In this document: positions 28,618 to 40,960 of the stretch, piece by piece | Layout of the letters: the number at the start of each line of letters is the position of its first letter | Numbering within the stretch: the stretch's first letter is position 1 | Position numbers and translations under genes: made by a program | Notes under the pieces: generated by a model | Database searches by the model: none | Told to the model about the DNA's origin: nothing | The model's input: only the letters and a program-made list of their open reading frames with translations | Source: Adineta vaga | Lineage: Eukaryota > Animalia > Rotifera | Direction of reading: 5' to 3' | Length of the DNA: 64,000 nucleotides | NCBI GenBank assembly: GCA_021613535.1 | Contig: CP075494.1 | Location: 6,572,001-6,636,000, forward strand

Positions 28618-29235
28618 ATGACACAAAAGTGCCCAACGGAACTTCAACTTCTCCATTCAATTGAAAATAATCGAACGGGAAATCAACGAGCAAAAACTTC
28701 TACAGTAACTACAGCACAAAGTATTGGTATTAATACTGATCAAATACAATTTACTCGTGATATTGGTTCAAATACACCAAATTATGCTGAACAAATGACA
28801 AAAGCAATAGAAAACGGAAATGGTGCCGATGAATTTGTTCAAATGCTAATGCAAAGTAAGAAATTAAATGTAATTTCATTGTTTTGATTTGATTTGATTT
28901 ATAGATGAAGCTTCAGAAGCGTATTGGAAATTAATGACTGAACGAAGGAAAAAAGCTATCGAAGAAACAATTATTGAAAATCAACAGGTAAAGAAAAAAC
29001 GGTTATCATTTCTTATCTGATTGTTTATTTTTCTAGTTACACAATCTTGTCGATGATTTAAATAAAGAAAATGAACAACTTCGTGTTTTGTCAAGTCATT
29101 GTGATTATTTACAAAATGTGCTTAATGTAATGTATCTTCGTGGTATTTATTAATGAAATTTCTTTCATTTACATATTGTTTTAGTCCTTTACTCATGAAC
29201 ATGATAGTCTTCTTGATGATAGTCCAATAAATTAA
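28618..29235 (+). CDS. GMNN: Geminin-family coiled-coil protein, paralogue A
   Basis: Four exons; 'ASEAYWKLMTERRKKAIEETIIENQQ/LHNLVDDLNKENEQLRVLSSHCDYL' matches geminin '[24 protein letters not shown]...ENKELAEVAEHVQYM'. Confidence 0.75.
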
Positions 29236-29730
29236 TTTGGTGAACTACAAATGAACTTTGAGATATGTTTGTATGTGTGTATATTTTTTTAATGTATATG
29301 TCTAAAACTCAGAATGAGTTTTTATGTATCAGATTGAGAAAAGAACAACCATTTTTTTGAATAAAACTATCGAAAAGATTTCTCGAATTAAATCATATAG
29401 ATAATGAAAGAACGTAGTTACTCATCCATTATTATTGAATACGTTTCTCGTACTATACGTATTAATACATGACTTGCTTTCATTGAGTATTTTACACCGA
29501 GAAAAAGAACGAAAAGGTAACTAGTGGATGCTTGGCGGACGACTATTTTCTACATTTCTAAGGAAAGAAAAGGTGTGACCCTACCGTAACAGAAGAAAAA
29601 AAATAAACAGAAACTATTAACCTGTGCAATGAACCATAATTTCACCAATCTTTCGATACTACTTTTTCTGGATACGTGGTAAGTCTGTAATATTTGGCTT
29701 TGACAAAAAAAAACCAGGTAAGCGAAATCT

Positions 29731-31782
29731 ATGGCAAGTAGCAGATCGATTGATATTAAGAAAAGCGAGCAGCTATCTACACCTTCAATACGAGAAAATG
29801 AACTACAATCCATCACCAGGCGACGAATGCAAAATGTTCTAGTTATATGGTTGGACAGTAGTATCGATGGTAATAGTGAAGATTGTCACAATACTCTAAC
29901 TCAATTACAATCTGTCGCCAGCAGTATTGATACTTTTATTGATGCTGATCTATGCATTGAATTTATTCAAGGTATAACAAACGATAAAATATGTTTGATT
30001 ACTTCAGGATCACTTGGCCAATATATTGTATCTCGTATTCATAGTATGCCTCAAATGGATTCAATATTTATCTTTTGTAGCAATAAGAAATCACATGAAC
30101 AATGGGCTAAAGAATGGCCAAAAATAAAAGGTGTCTTTACGGATATAGCTTCTATCTGTACAGCACTTAAAGAAGCAGCACAACGATGTGAACATAATGC
30201 TATGCCACTCAGTTTCGTACCAGCTGATAAAAAATCGGATCAATTAGATCCTTATTTTATGTACACGCAAATGTTGAAAGAAATACTTCTTACCATTAAT
30301 TTTGAAGATAGACATGTGAAACAATATGCGGATTATTGTCGTGATACATTTGTTAATAATAAAAAAGAATTAGATAATGTTCAACAATTTGAAAAGAAAT
30401 ATCATGAAAAAACGCCAATATGGTGGTACTCCTATCATTCATTTCTGTATCCTATGTTGAATCGTGCCTTACGATTAATGGACGGAGATACTATTACACA
30501 GATGGGATTTTTTATAAGTGATCTTCATCGAGATATCGAACGATTACATAAACAACAACGTATTAATCATTCTATGCCTCAAGGTTTTACAGTTTATCGT
30601 GGACAAGGCTTGTCAAAAGCAGATTTTGATAAGATGGTAAAAACTAACAATGGATTAATATCATTTAATAGCTTTTTATCAACGAGCAAAATACAACAAG
30701 TTTCACTTCATTTTGCTCAAAATGCTGCAGTAAATCCAGACTTAGTGGGAGTTGTTTTCATTATGAAAATTGATCCGATTCAATCTCCCATTCCATACGC
30801 TTCGATTCGTGATGTTAGTTACTATGAAAATGAAGATGAAGTTCTATTTCCCATGCATACTGTATTCAAAATTCATAATTTAAAATTAACAAATAATACC
30901 AATCGACTCTATGAAGTTAATTTAACTCTTAGTAATGATAATGATCAAGAATTATATGCATTGACTAACTACATTCGAAAACAATTCCCATTACATGTAG
31001 ATGGATGGTATCGATTAGGTACATTATTACTTAAAATAGAGCAATCTAACAAAACTGAAGATACTCAGAAAAAGTCAAATGCTCAACGAATCAATGAAAA
31101 TAAAAAAGCACCTACATATCAACAACATAGCTTGATTAAATATAATAAAGAAAAATATCAAGAAGCAATGTCATTATATGAAAAATCAATTGGTATCTAT
31201 CAGAAGACTATGTCGTCGAATCATTCAGATATGGCTACTTCCTACAGTAATATTGGTTTAGTACATTACAATATAGGTGATTATCCAAAGGCTTTGTCAT
31301 CGTATGAAAAAGTCTTAGCAATTCGACAACAAGCACTTTCTCCTAATCATCCTGATTTGGCCTCATGCTACGACAACATCGGCTTGGTATATTACAAAAT
31401 GGGTAATTATCAAAAAGCACTCTCATCTCACGAAGAAGCACTTGCAATTCGAAAAAAATCCTTTCCTCCCAATCATCCTGACTTTGCTACGTGTTATAAC
31501 AATATTGGATCTGTATATCATGGCATGGATGACTTTTCAAAAGCACTATTTTATTATGAAAAAGCTCTTGCTATTCGACGACAAATACTACCTTCTCATC
31601 ATTCTGATTTAGCTTCATCTTATATCAACATTGGTTCAATCTACGAAGCAATGGGTGATTATACAAAAGCCACCGTATTTTACGATCGAGCTGTAGAAAT
31701 TGAACGAAGCTCATTGCCTACCAATCATCCTATTCTCGAAGATTCTCGAAAGAAACTTGAACGTGTAAGATTAAAAGTATAA
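29731..31782 (+). CDS. Intronless ADP-ribosyltransferase (R-S-E clade) with N-terminal receiver-like domain and C-terminal TPR array
   Basis: 'VLVIWLD' N-domain; ART motifs 'VYRGQ', 'FNSFLSTS', 'ENEDEVL'; four to five 42-aa kinesin-light-chain/NPHP3-type TPRs 'HPDLASCYDNIG.VY..MG.Y.KAL'. Confidence 0.9.
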   Translation: MASSRSIDIKKSEQLSTPSIRENELQSITRRRMQNVLVIWLDSSIDGNSEDCHNTLTQLQSVASSIDTFIDADLCIEFIQGITNDKICLITSGSLGQYIVSRIHSMPQMDSIFIFCSNKKSHEQWAKEWPKIKGVFTDIASICTALKEAAQRCEHNAMPLSFVPADKKSDQLDPYFMYTQMLKEILLTINFEDRHVKQYADYCRDTFVNNKKELDNVQQFEKKYHEKTPIWWYSYHSFLYPMLNRALRLMDGDTITQMGFFISDLHRDIERLHKQQRINHSMPQGFTVYRGQGLSKADFDKMVKTNNGLISFNSFLSTSKIQQVSLHFAQNAAVNPDLVGVVFIMKIDPIQSPIPYASIRDVSYYENEDEVLFPMHTVFKIHNLKLTNNTNRLYEVNLTLSNDNDQELYALTNYIRKQFPLHVDGWYRLGTLLLKIEQSNKTEDTQKKSNAQRINENKKAPTYQQHSLIKYNKEKYQEAMSLYEKSIGIYQKTMSSNHSDMATSYSNIGLVHYNIGDYPKALSSYEKVLAIRQQALSPNHPDLASCYDNIGLVYYKMGNYQKALSSHEEALAIRKKSFPPNHPDFATCYNNIGSVYHGMDDFSKALFYYEKALAIRRQILPSHHSDLASSYINIGSIYEAMGDYTKATVFYDRAVEIERSSLPTNHPILEDSRKKLERVRLKV

Positions 31783-32078
31783 TCGATCTTTGTTTATTCG
31801 TTTTTACTCTTGAAAACGAAATCAAATTGATTAATAGCTTGATGTCACAAATATCATATAGGTTTACTTAAAGAATTCGTTATGTTCATTTATTCTTTAT
31901 TAATATTTCTATCTCGTGAGATAAACGAATTTCATCTTTATTTTGAATCTCTGTGTATACATTAACAACATCGATCAGTTTTTCAGTTTATTTACAAATA
32001 GAGAATCACAAAATAAACACAACAAAATATTTCTATAGATATGAATTTCACATGTTGTTCTTTGTTTCTACAAGATCA

Positions 32079-32836
32079 TCAAAACAAACGTACACAAACC
32101 GATGATTTCTTCTTGTCTTCATTCTCATCTTCGCTCGTTAATTTCTAAAAAAAATGAGATAGACAATGAAAATAATAGATGAAACGAATCATTTTACTTC
32201 AATAATATCTGTTAAATATTCACAATGATCAGCAACTTCACGTAAATTATTATTATCTTCATTTAAACTATCAACAATGTCATGAAGCTAAATAAGAAAA
32301 AGTGATTTTTAGTCAAAACAATATATAGATCTTATTCTACCTGTTGATTTTCACGTAATACTTCTTCAAGTTTCATACGATAATGTTCAGACATAATATG
32401 CCAATAAGATTCAGGTGCTATTTCTAAAAAATAAAGTTTTTTTGTTTCTGTTGATAAATTTTAAAAGTAAATTACTTTGAACATATGATTCAAATTCATT
32501 TGTAGACATTCGTGAACCAGCTTCAATAATCGATGGAATATCAATAGTTTTCTCTTCAACAGGTATCAATTGTTTACGAACAGCATTCTTTTTCTTGATT
32601 GATGATGAGACATCAATGATACCTGATGCATTCTGAAAAAAAGAATGACATTATTTGATGAATAAAATCAATAAACAAGAGATTCATCAAGATGTATTAG
32701 AACAGAGCGTTTTTGTTTGAATAAGCATGAATTCTTTACAAAATAACTTTACCTTTTTTGCTGATGATTTTGGTGATACAATTCGATTAATTTCAAAAGT
32801 ATTCACAGATAATTGTTTAAGTGGTGCCTTTGCCAT
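32079..32836 (-). CDS. GMNN: Geminin-family coiled-coil protein, paralogue B
   Basis: Five exons; 'APESYWHIMSEHYRMKLEEVLRENQQ/LHDIVDSLNEDNNNLREVADHCEYL'; same last three intron positions as paralogue A; D-box-like 'KAPLKQL'. Confidence 0.75.
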
Positions 32837-32971
32837 TTGGTTTATAAGATAATAAAAACGAATCTGAAATACAAATAAGAACAACTTATTTAAACATATT
32901 CTTTCATTTTTATCTACAAAGAATTATTTATTCTATACAATAATAACAATGCGAGAAAATCCATGAAATAT

Positions 32972-33848
32972 TCACATTCGACTACGTCGAGTTGCCCGTT
33001 TATTTTTTGATTGCAAATTCGTACTGATTGTTGTAGCTTTTCCTGTACTTGGCCGCATTTTTTGTGTACCATCATTCGTTCGTCGAGCTTTCTTTATTGC
33101 ATGATGTCCACTGGCGGCATTGTTCGTATTATTTTGATTATTATTATTTGAATCACGAAGAATATTTTCAATTAAATCATCGGATAAATGACGGCCAATA
33201 TAATTCCAAGTTTTCACTTGTGCAGTTTCATTAGTATCTTTTCGAAATTCAACTGTCTTCTTTTCAGTTAAATCATCTAGAATTTCAATGAAATTTTATG
33301 GTAAAAAGTTACATAAGTAACTTACATGCGAATAATTGATCATCGAGAGATTTCTTTCGATTTGATGGGAGAATAACTAAATTAGTTAATTGACGCCAAA
33401 GATCGATTTCATGTCTAAAAGAATAGCAATGCTGCATTTTATTTTCTCATTACAACTGACAACGAACTTTTTACATAATAAATCTTCAATTGCTTGATTC
33501 TCTTCATTTAAATGTTCTTTTAAATGTTTATTTTTCGTTTGAATTGTATCAATTAATTCATCAAGGATACCATTTGAAGTATCTGTTGTTTCTTCTATTT
33601 TCGGAATATGATCTAAGACATAACAAAATGAATGAATTGAATGTCATCAATAGGATGCATACATGATCGATAACATGAACGACGAGATTTCCGAATTGTT
33701 CGAAAGTCTAAATATACAAAGATTATTCTTTGAGAATGAAAATGTGTATATATAAATGATAATGACCAGTTTTCGAAGTAGCAACGATTTCATCAACAGG
33801 TGGTAATTGCATAGATAGAAATACATCACGAATTGATACTTCAGCCAT
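32972..33848 (-). CDS. Multi-exon hypothetical coiled-coil protein, possibly kinetochore Spc24-like
   Basis: Five spliceable exons from MAEVSIRD; coiled coil followed by 'IDLWRQLTNLVIL...VEF...VKTWNYI', loosely like the Spc24 RWD domain. Family call is weak. Confidence 0.45.
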
Positions 33849-34973
33849 GATGAAAATTTCGTAAAGTAACGTCGAGAAGAGATGAAGATAAAGGATCACA
33901 ACAGACAAAGACTCTGTAGTGGACAAATAAAGAAATCGCCGGAAGATAGATGTCGTTAGTCGAGAATATGTTCTCATGGTCATGGTGAGAATTAGATTAA
34001 AATAACTTTTATAGTTGATTTCTTGTTTAGAAAAAGATTGATATTTTCAATCATTATAAATCTATTGAGATCGATTTATATAATATAATATAATGTTTGT
34101 AGTTTCTTGAAGGAAAGAATTCTGTATTGTATAGATTTTTTTCTGTTAAATGATCATTGATATATGCTACAATTACAATGTATCTAAGAAAATTCAGCAT
34201 TAAATGACCTTATCATTTATATGCTCACTTATTACTGATAATGGCTAATGTTTGAGGTTGCAGTGATCTTTATACAAATGTGGTATAATTAAAAACGAGA
34301 AAATCTGATTTTGACATAAAAGTATTGTTTTGCAATATTTTCGTTCTGGTTTATTAGTTATAAAGCGACCCGTCTTCTTCCCGCATGACTGTAATATGGT
34401 TTTATCATTAATTTTTGTGAATTACGTGATAAAAACAAAGATTTTCAAGCCTATCAAAACAACTGATCAGAATACTAAATAAATACAACGTTTATATACT
34501 GATTCAATTCTTTTAGATTTTGCATCGCTTTTATTTCTTCAACAAATAATTTTATTACTCAAATATATTTACACAAAAAACAAAGAACTTAATAGATGTT
34601 TATACATACAATAAAATGAGACTGGAAAACAACATGTAAACAATGATACAGACATGAAATGAGTTGTTGACGCGATCGGAAATACGATCAAATTGGTATA
34701 TCATGCAGAAAACATCCTGAATAAAAATATTTAACAGATTAACAAAAGAATAGATGAAGACGGATATCATTAACTGATCATAATCGATTGCTTACTTTCA
34801 GATTTCATATAAACTATACATCAGGAGAAAAAAAGACGCATCCATATTCATAGATTTGTTTATCATGATACGATGCTTTAATATCAATAGACAATAAGAG
34901 AAAGAACTCGTATTTCAGTCATAATCTACTTTCTAACACGATTATTGAACTTTGTTATTTAATTACATCCGAT

Positions 34974-35255
34974 TTAAACAAAAAGTGGATCATTGATATG
35001 ATTTAACGAAGGACGATTTACAGATGATGACAATGGTTGTGTAAGACCGCATAGTTTTAATATACGAAACCAACATTCTTGACAAGAATTTTCTCGATAA
35101 TAATTCGCATAAAGTAGTACTAACATAATTGTACACATAAATAAAATTCCACCAACATACCAAGAATCAAATGGATTTGATAGATAATAATCAGCACGTT
35201 GTGGTCGTATTGTTGTAGAAAATGTACTATTTATCAATACGTTCGATATGTTCAT
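34974..35255 (-). CDS. Small single-pass membrane protein
   Basis: No signal peptide; N-terminal sequons NIS and NST; TM 'WYVGGILFMCTIMLVLLYA'; Cys-containing tail. Confidence 0.5.
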   Translation of the reverse strand: MNISNVLINSTFSTTIRPQRADYYLSNPFDSWYVGGILFMCTIMLVLLYANYYRENSCQECWFRILKLCGLTQPLSSSVNRPSLNHINDPLFV

Positions 35256-36175
35256 ATGTACTTTTGATTTCAATAGTAATATTCTTTAATCGTAATGAAA
35301 AGAAGAATGTGAACAGGTCGTTATAATACTATTTATCTTTCTTCTATATATACTCCTGCTTCATTCTTATTGACTAGTAGTATAGAAGTCGATGAATAGA
35401 CATATAGAACATTCCTTTTTTTTATCGCTAGAGAAAAAAATGCAGAGTGCTATTCTTCATTCACATACATATTCATTAGATTAACGATGAATAAATAAAT
35501 AAAAAATCGAATAAAATAGTAAACATCAAACGCGATAGATAGATAGATGAATTTGCTCTATTATAATATGTGATTTAATAAGCGACGTTTTCATTCGTGA
35601 TAGTTTCTGCTGCTATTGTTATTTGATTAACATTGAAGGAGAAAGAGTAGTAGAAGAAGAAGAAGAAGAAATAGAAGATTACTTTCGGATGATTTATAAC
35701 AATAATAAGCCAGAAATTCATCGAAATAGTCGATTATATTTATGATTAAGTGAACAATATGCGTTTGTTACCAATGTCGCATGCTCTGATAAATATTTAC
35801 AATGTAGCTCATTTTAATAATTCATTAATTAGAAAAGATTTGTTAATATCAATGTGAAAGGAAATTGATAAGAAATGGTATTTTATGACTATTTTTAAAT
35901 AGAATACATTCATCAGTGCAGGAGTATTGACAAGATATTAAACAACTCGTAGTTGAATGCACTAAATATCGATCATTTTGTTTATTAATATCATAATTCT
36001 CTCATCCAGATAAAAAGAAAAGAAATCAAACAATAGAACTTGTTTTCTCTTTATGTAATCTCGAATAAAATTATGCAGATAAGGAAGTTGCTTTTGTTTT
36101 GACTATAAAACTGAAAAGATGATCGATCAAGATACAAACGTCGTTCTAAAGCAAGGCATATACTCAATCACAGTC

Positions 36176-38775
36176 TTATGTAAGTTCAAGAAAGACGAGT
36201 TGATCAACAAGAAAACAATCACCAGGCTTTTTCACAAATGATGTTAACCCTTGAGCAATTTTGGCATCATCTAAATTTGGATCTGTTTTTTGTATTGTAC
36301 GTTGTTTAACTAAATAATCATAAACTCTTTCAAATGTTGATTCACCTAATAAATTAATTGCTCTCCTATAAACAAAAAAAAAGATAATGCTTAGAAAAGA
36401 AATTTGTAATGAACATACGCTCGTAGCGTATGAATTTTTGCATCTTTTGCTTTCGGACCATATGCATCATTATTTGGATTGTCTCGCAATGTTGTACCCA
36501 CTAAAAAGTTCTCTTAATATTATTTTCTCAAGTTAAAAACAGATTATTTTACCATCATCATACGATGCATTTAACGTAGATTTTTCTCTTGTTATACTAC
36601 CACCCAAAGTTTTAGCGGGTGATATATATTTTTTCGTTTGTTGCTGATATTTAGCTGCAAAATGTGGATCGATTGTTCGACTCATTGAATTCATCGAACG
36701 TTGTGATGCTGACATAGCTCGTTGACTTGGTAATGTTCTTTCATTATCATGTGTCGGACTGCGATTATTTGAACGATTGTCATAATATTCAGAATCATCT
36801 TCTCCACCATATTTGGCAGCAACCTGTTTGTATGTTCCTCGCATTGGAGTTATTGGACGATCTTCAAAACCACTACCACCGCGAGATGGATTATGGCCAG
36901 GTGTAGGACGATTTTGAGCAGCGTCTAATAAGAAGAAGTGTTTTCATACTAATTACTGCTGATTCTGCTAGAATTTGACTTACTCCTTGGACGATTGCTG
37001 ATAGTTTCTTCGTCTCTTTCATCGTCATCATCGTTTATAGGTGGTCTTGTTTGTTTCATCTAAAATTTAGTAATATGTATCTTTCGAAGAATAGTCTGTA
37101 TATAAATTTACTGTTCCTAAACTTGTTTTTTCACGTCCCATCTGTTGATTACGAGAAGTTTCAGCTACTTTCGATTGAATTGCTTGACTATTAGTAGAAT
37201 ATAATAAAAAAATTCTCTTATTTTCATCATTTTTCTCCTCTACTTAAACAGTTGTCCACGAGCATCAGCAGCTTGCATTTTCCTTTCCAACATAGCTTGT
37301 TTTGCTGCATTTAATGTCTGTGAAGGTTTTAAAGTTGGTTGTTCATATTCTTCGTCGTCCTCTTCTTCTTGTTCATCTTCTGATTGTTGATAACGTTGAT
37401 TTTTTATTGTATTTTCTGGTTCACTGTCATTTTCCTCGATGGGAACGAAATCTCTGCCACGTACTGACCAATTTTGACTTTGCATATCACCATAATTGAC
37501 TGATTTTTGACTAAAATATATTCAGTAACTATAATTGAGGAAAGAAATTCTACTGAATACTTACAATCGTTCATTGATTTCTTTTGAACGAAGTTTACCA
37601 TTGATTGTATTTTCAAGTGGACCAGTTAATTTAGTTCTCTGTCGAAATAAATAAAAAGATAATCATATATATATATGGGAGTAGATAATACTTCGCGGTG
37701 TCCAATCATAAATGGAGTTTGTAATAATTGAGCAGCAGTTGGGCGATTCTTTGGATCTTTGACAAACATCCTAATGAAATAAAATAATAACATGAAACTC
37801 ATCAGAAATGACTAGCTACGTACTTTTTAAGTATATCGTTAAGTTCTTTGGAATATGTTTTGGGTAATTCAGGTGGTTTTCCTTCGACAACTTTGTATAT
37901 CACATTCATAAGACCTTTACCATCGAAAGCATGTTGACATGTACACATTTCATACAATAAACAACCGACAGACCTAAAAAACAATGTTTTAAAGCAATCT
38001 CTTTCAAATATCTACTTACCAAATATCTGATTTTGCTTCATATCCATCATGTTTCATTACTTCAGGTGACATATAATAACTTGAAAGGAAAAATATCGTA
38101 ATCAAAAGAATTCTTTTTCGACCAAAATACATACGGTGTACCAGTAAATGTTGTAGCAACATCCATTGTTCCAACTAGTATTCTACTGATACCAAAATCT
38201 CCAATTTTAACTTTATTATTTTTCAGAAAAATATTTCTTGCTTTTAAATCTCGATGTAATATTCTTGACTTATGCATATATTGAACAGCAATTAATATTT
38301 GTATTAACCATTCAATAACTTGATCTTCTTCCAATAAACGATTTTGTTTCTTTATTTCTTTCAAACGTTGATCAAGATCACCGCCTTCACAAAATTCCGT
38401 TACAATACATAAACAATCATTTTCAAGAAAACTTTCTTCAAACTAAATTAAAGAAGATGATTGCCAGAGAGTTTTCTTCTTTTACTAACTTACTTTAACA
38501 ATATGTTCATTGTCTAGATTGGCCAATAATTCAGCTTCACGAACAGAATCAACTGTTTGATCTGAATCCATTTCACCTAGTCGAACAACTTTTAGTACTT
38601 TTCTAAAATAAATAATTTCATTATTGGAAAAGATGACGAAGAAGAAAATTTCATACGGCTCTGTTTTAGATTTCAGATCAGTGACAAGATAAGCCGTGCC
38701 AAAGTTCCCAGCACCGAGTTTTTTATCAATTTTATAACGTTTCTTATATATCTGTGGTTCTTCTTTGTCACCCAT
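36176..38775 (-). CDS. NEK11: NIMA-related kinase 11
   Basis: 'LGAGNFGTAYLV', 'HRDLKARNIFLKNNKVKIGDFGISRIL', 'FTGTPY', and C-terminal 'CFLVDQLVFLE' characteristic of NEK11. Confidence 0.9.
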
Positions 38776-40449
38776 TGTATTATGTTGATCTGAAATAGAC
38801 AGAAAGAAACTAATTCTTAAAATATATTATGATTAACTTTGTCATGCTTATCTTTTCGTGTACTCTATTTACCATCGAAATCAACATTCTCATGCAGATC
38901 ACTTCCTACACATGTTTCTCTCGTTACAAAGCAAATATACAATCTTTCGATGTAACTGTTTTTTTCTAAGACAAAAAACACAAGTTTTATGAGTACTATC
39001 GACTGATTTGTTATGTAGGGATTTATCTTTCTAGAAGTCAAATGATTATGCTTATGATGAACATACAATACTTTTTTCTGACAAAATGAATTGTACGATA
39101 CCTTTTTCTTATTTTTAATGACGAAGAAATAAATTTCAATGCTGAAAAAGAAACACTTCTTGTTGTGATAGCAAAGGTGAAAGAAAAATGAAGAAAAAAA
39201 AGTCATTTCATATGATGCTGTTGTTGCTTACAACGACTGAGTTTTTCTTCTGTTCTTATGATTCAAAGATATAGATGACTCTTGTCGTTGGTGAACTGAC
39301 AAACAACTTCTTTTTCTTTCAAAAACTAAGAAAGAAAAGAAACTCTAATACTATTGATTTTATAAAGAAAAAAGCTTTTAGTGTTTTTTTTCATGCGAGG
39401 AATCATTTGTATTTAGTTTATTTTATGCAAATAAACATTAGAATTATTTCAAATATTCAGACACTGTAGTTAATCATAATTAGTTGAAAATCAAAGGAAT
39501 TTATTTGCGTTCAAATTTTTATTGATAATTATACATGAATCTTTTTCTCTACTAGCCCTATAGTCGAATGATTTGTTTTAAATCTCAAATGAGAAACATG
39601 TTTTTAACAACTAATTGTGGTAGATTATAATTCATAGGATAACAATCCAACAATAGTAAGTTTTTCTCTTTTTCTCCTATTAGGTACTACTACATTTGTG
39701 AATTACCGGCCATGACTATTATACGAGCAGACAAGGAAATGTCAAGTGAACTTGAAAATTTCTTATTTTTATCTTTCTTAATATATTATTCTTGATTGTA
39801 TATTATCACTCACGCTAATTCGTTTTTGACTAAGGTGCAATTATGTTGCTTATGTTCAACACTCGATATATGCGAGGTTTATAAACCAAATAGTAAATGT
39901 AATAGTTAGACGTGCATATCTCTTATATACAGACATATTCATTTGTATTTTCTCGATCACACGGTGAAAAAATCGAGGTAATTAATAAACAACAAGATAT
40001 TCAAAGTGCATCATGTAAAATATTCGACCTAAACACTTATTGAAGTTGAATGAGGAACAAGAAAAGTGATTTGATTCATGAACCAAAACTAATCTTTATC
40101 TTATCCTAAGCGTATTCACTGACATGATCAAATGCTTTCAATAGAAGTCCACTGGCAATTGCAATGAGTTACTCATTATAGTTATTGAGAGACTGAAAAT
40201 AACTTGGTATCATGCATAACAGAATAAATTCTGACTGAGACTTTTCTAATAAAGCTAGTGGATTTCATTGAATAGAGGTCTTTTGAGCAGAAGTTTCAGC
40301 AACGTTTGCACCACGTTACTTCCTATTCAAATTTTTTGACTATGCTGAACACTTACTACACTTATTTCAGAAAAGAGTCAGTGATTCTCAAGGATGAGCG
40401 CTAGTAGTCTAACATTGACATGTCAATTTGGTATTGGAACATCAATGAA

Positions 40450-40740
40450 ATATCATCAGATTCAAAATGTGCTTTTACAATTGGTGATAATTGTGTTTAT
40501 GTTTGGATTGTTAAAACAGGTGAATGTTTAAGATTAATTAATAATAATACAAATTCAAATAATCAACAATCAATTATTGTTGGTATGGCTATTAATCAAC
40601 AAATAATCGTTTACAAGTTCGATCAGCTTCTATTGTATATGAAATATATATGGAACTTCAAATATATCTTTTAGTTATGTATTGGAGAACAGAATGGTCT
40701 TATTAAAGTTTGGGATCATGAAGATGGCATTCTTATTCAT
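40450..40740 (+). pseudogene. WD40 N-terminal fragment (WDR75/UTP17-like)
   Basis: 'SSDSKCAFTIGDNCVYVWIVKTGECL...IVGMAIN' and 'EQNGLIKVWDHEDGILIH' resemble the WDR75 N-terminus; no downstream exons. Confidence 0.55.
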
Positions 40741-40960
40741 GTAAAGAATCTTTCTTTTGTTTCTTTTTTCTTCTCATAATCAATGGAAGTATATTCTGCA
40801 TAAACGAACTATTCGCTTTTGTTGAAATCGTCAGATTTCATTCTCTTTTTCGAAAAACAAAAATACAATACTATCAGTAAAGCGAATTTCTTTTCATAAC
40901 AAACAAAATATATTCAGTAGCTTGTACTCTCAACAAACTTTTGTGGAATTTAAAGCCAAT

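Noticed and set aside
31200-31720. 126-nt periodic repeats as a possible CRISPR-like or DGR array
   Set aside because: They are coding TPR units; no spacers, template repeat or dedicated RT. The only RT is the Gypsy pol.
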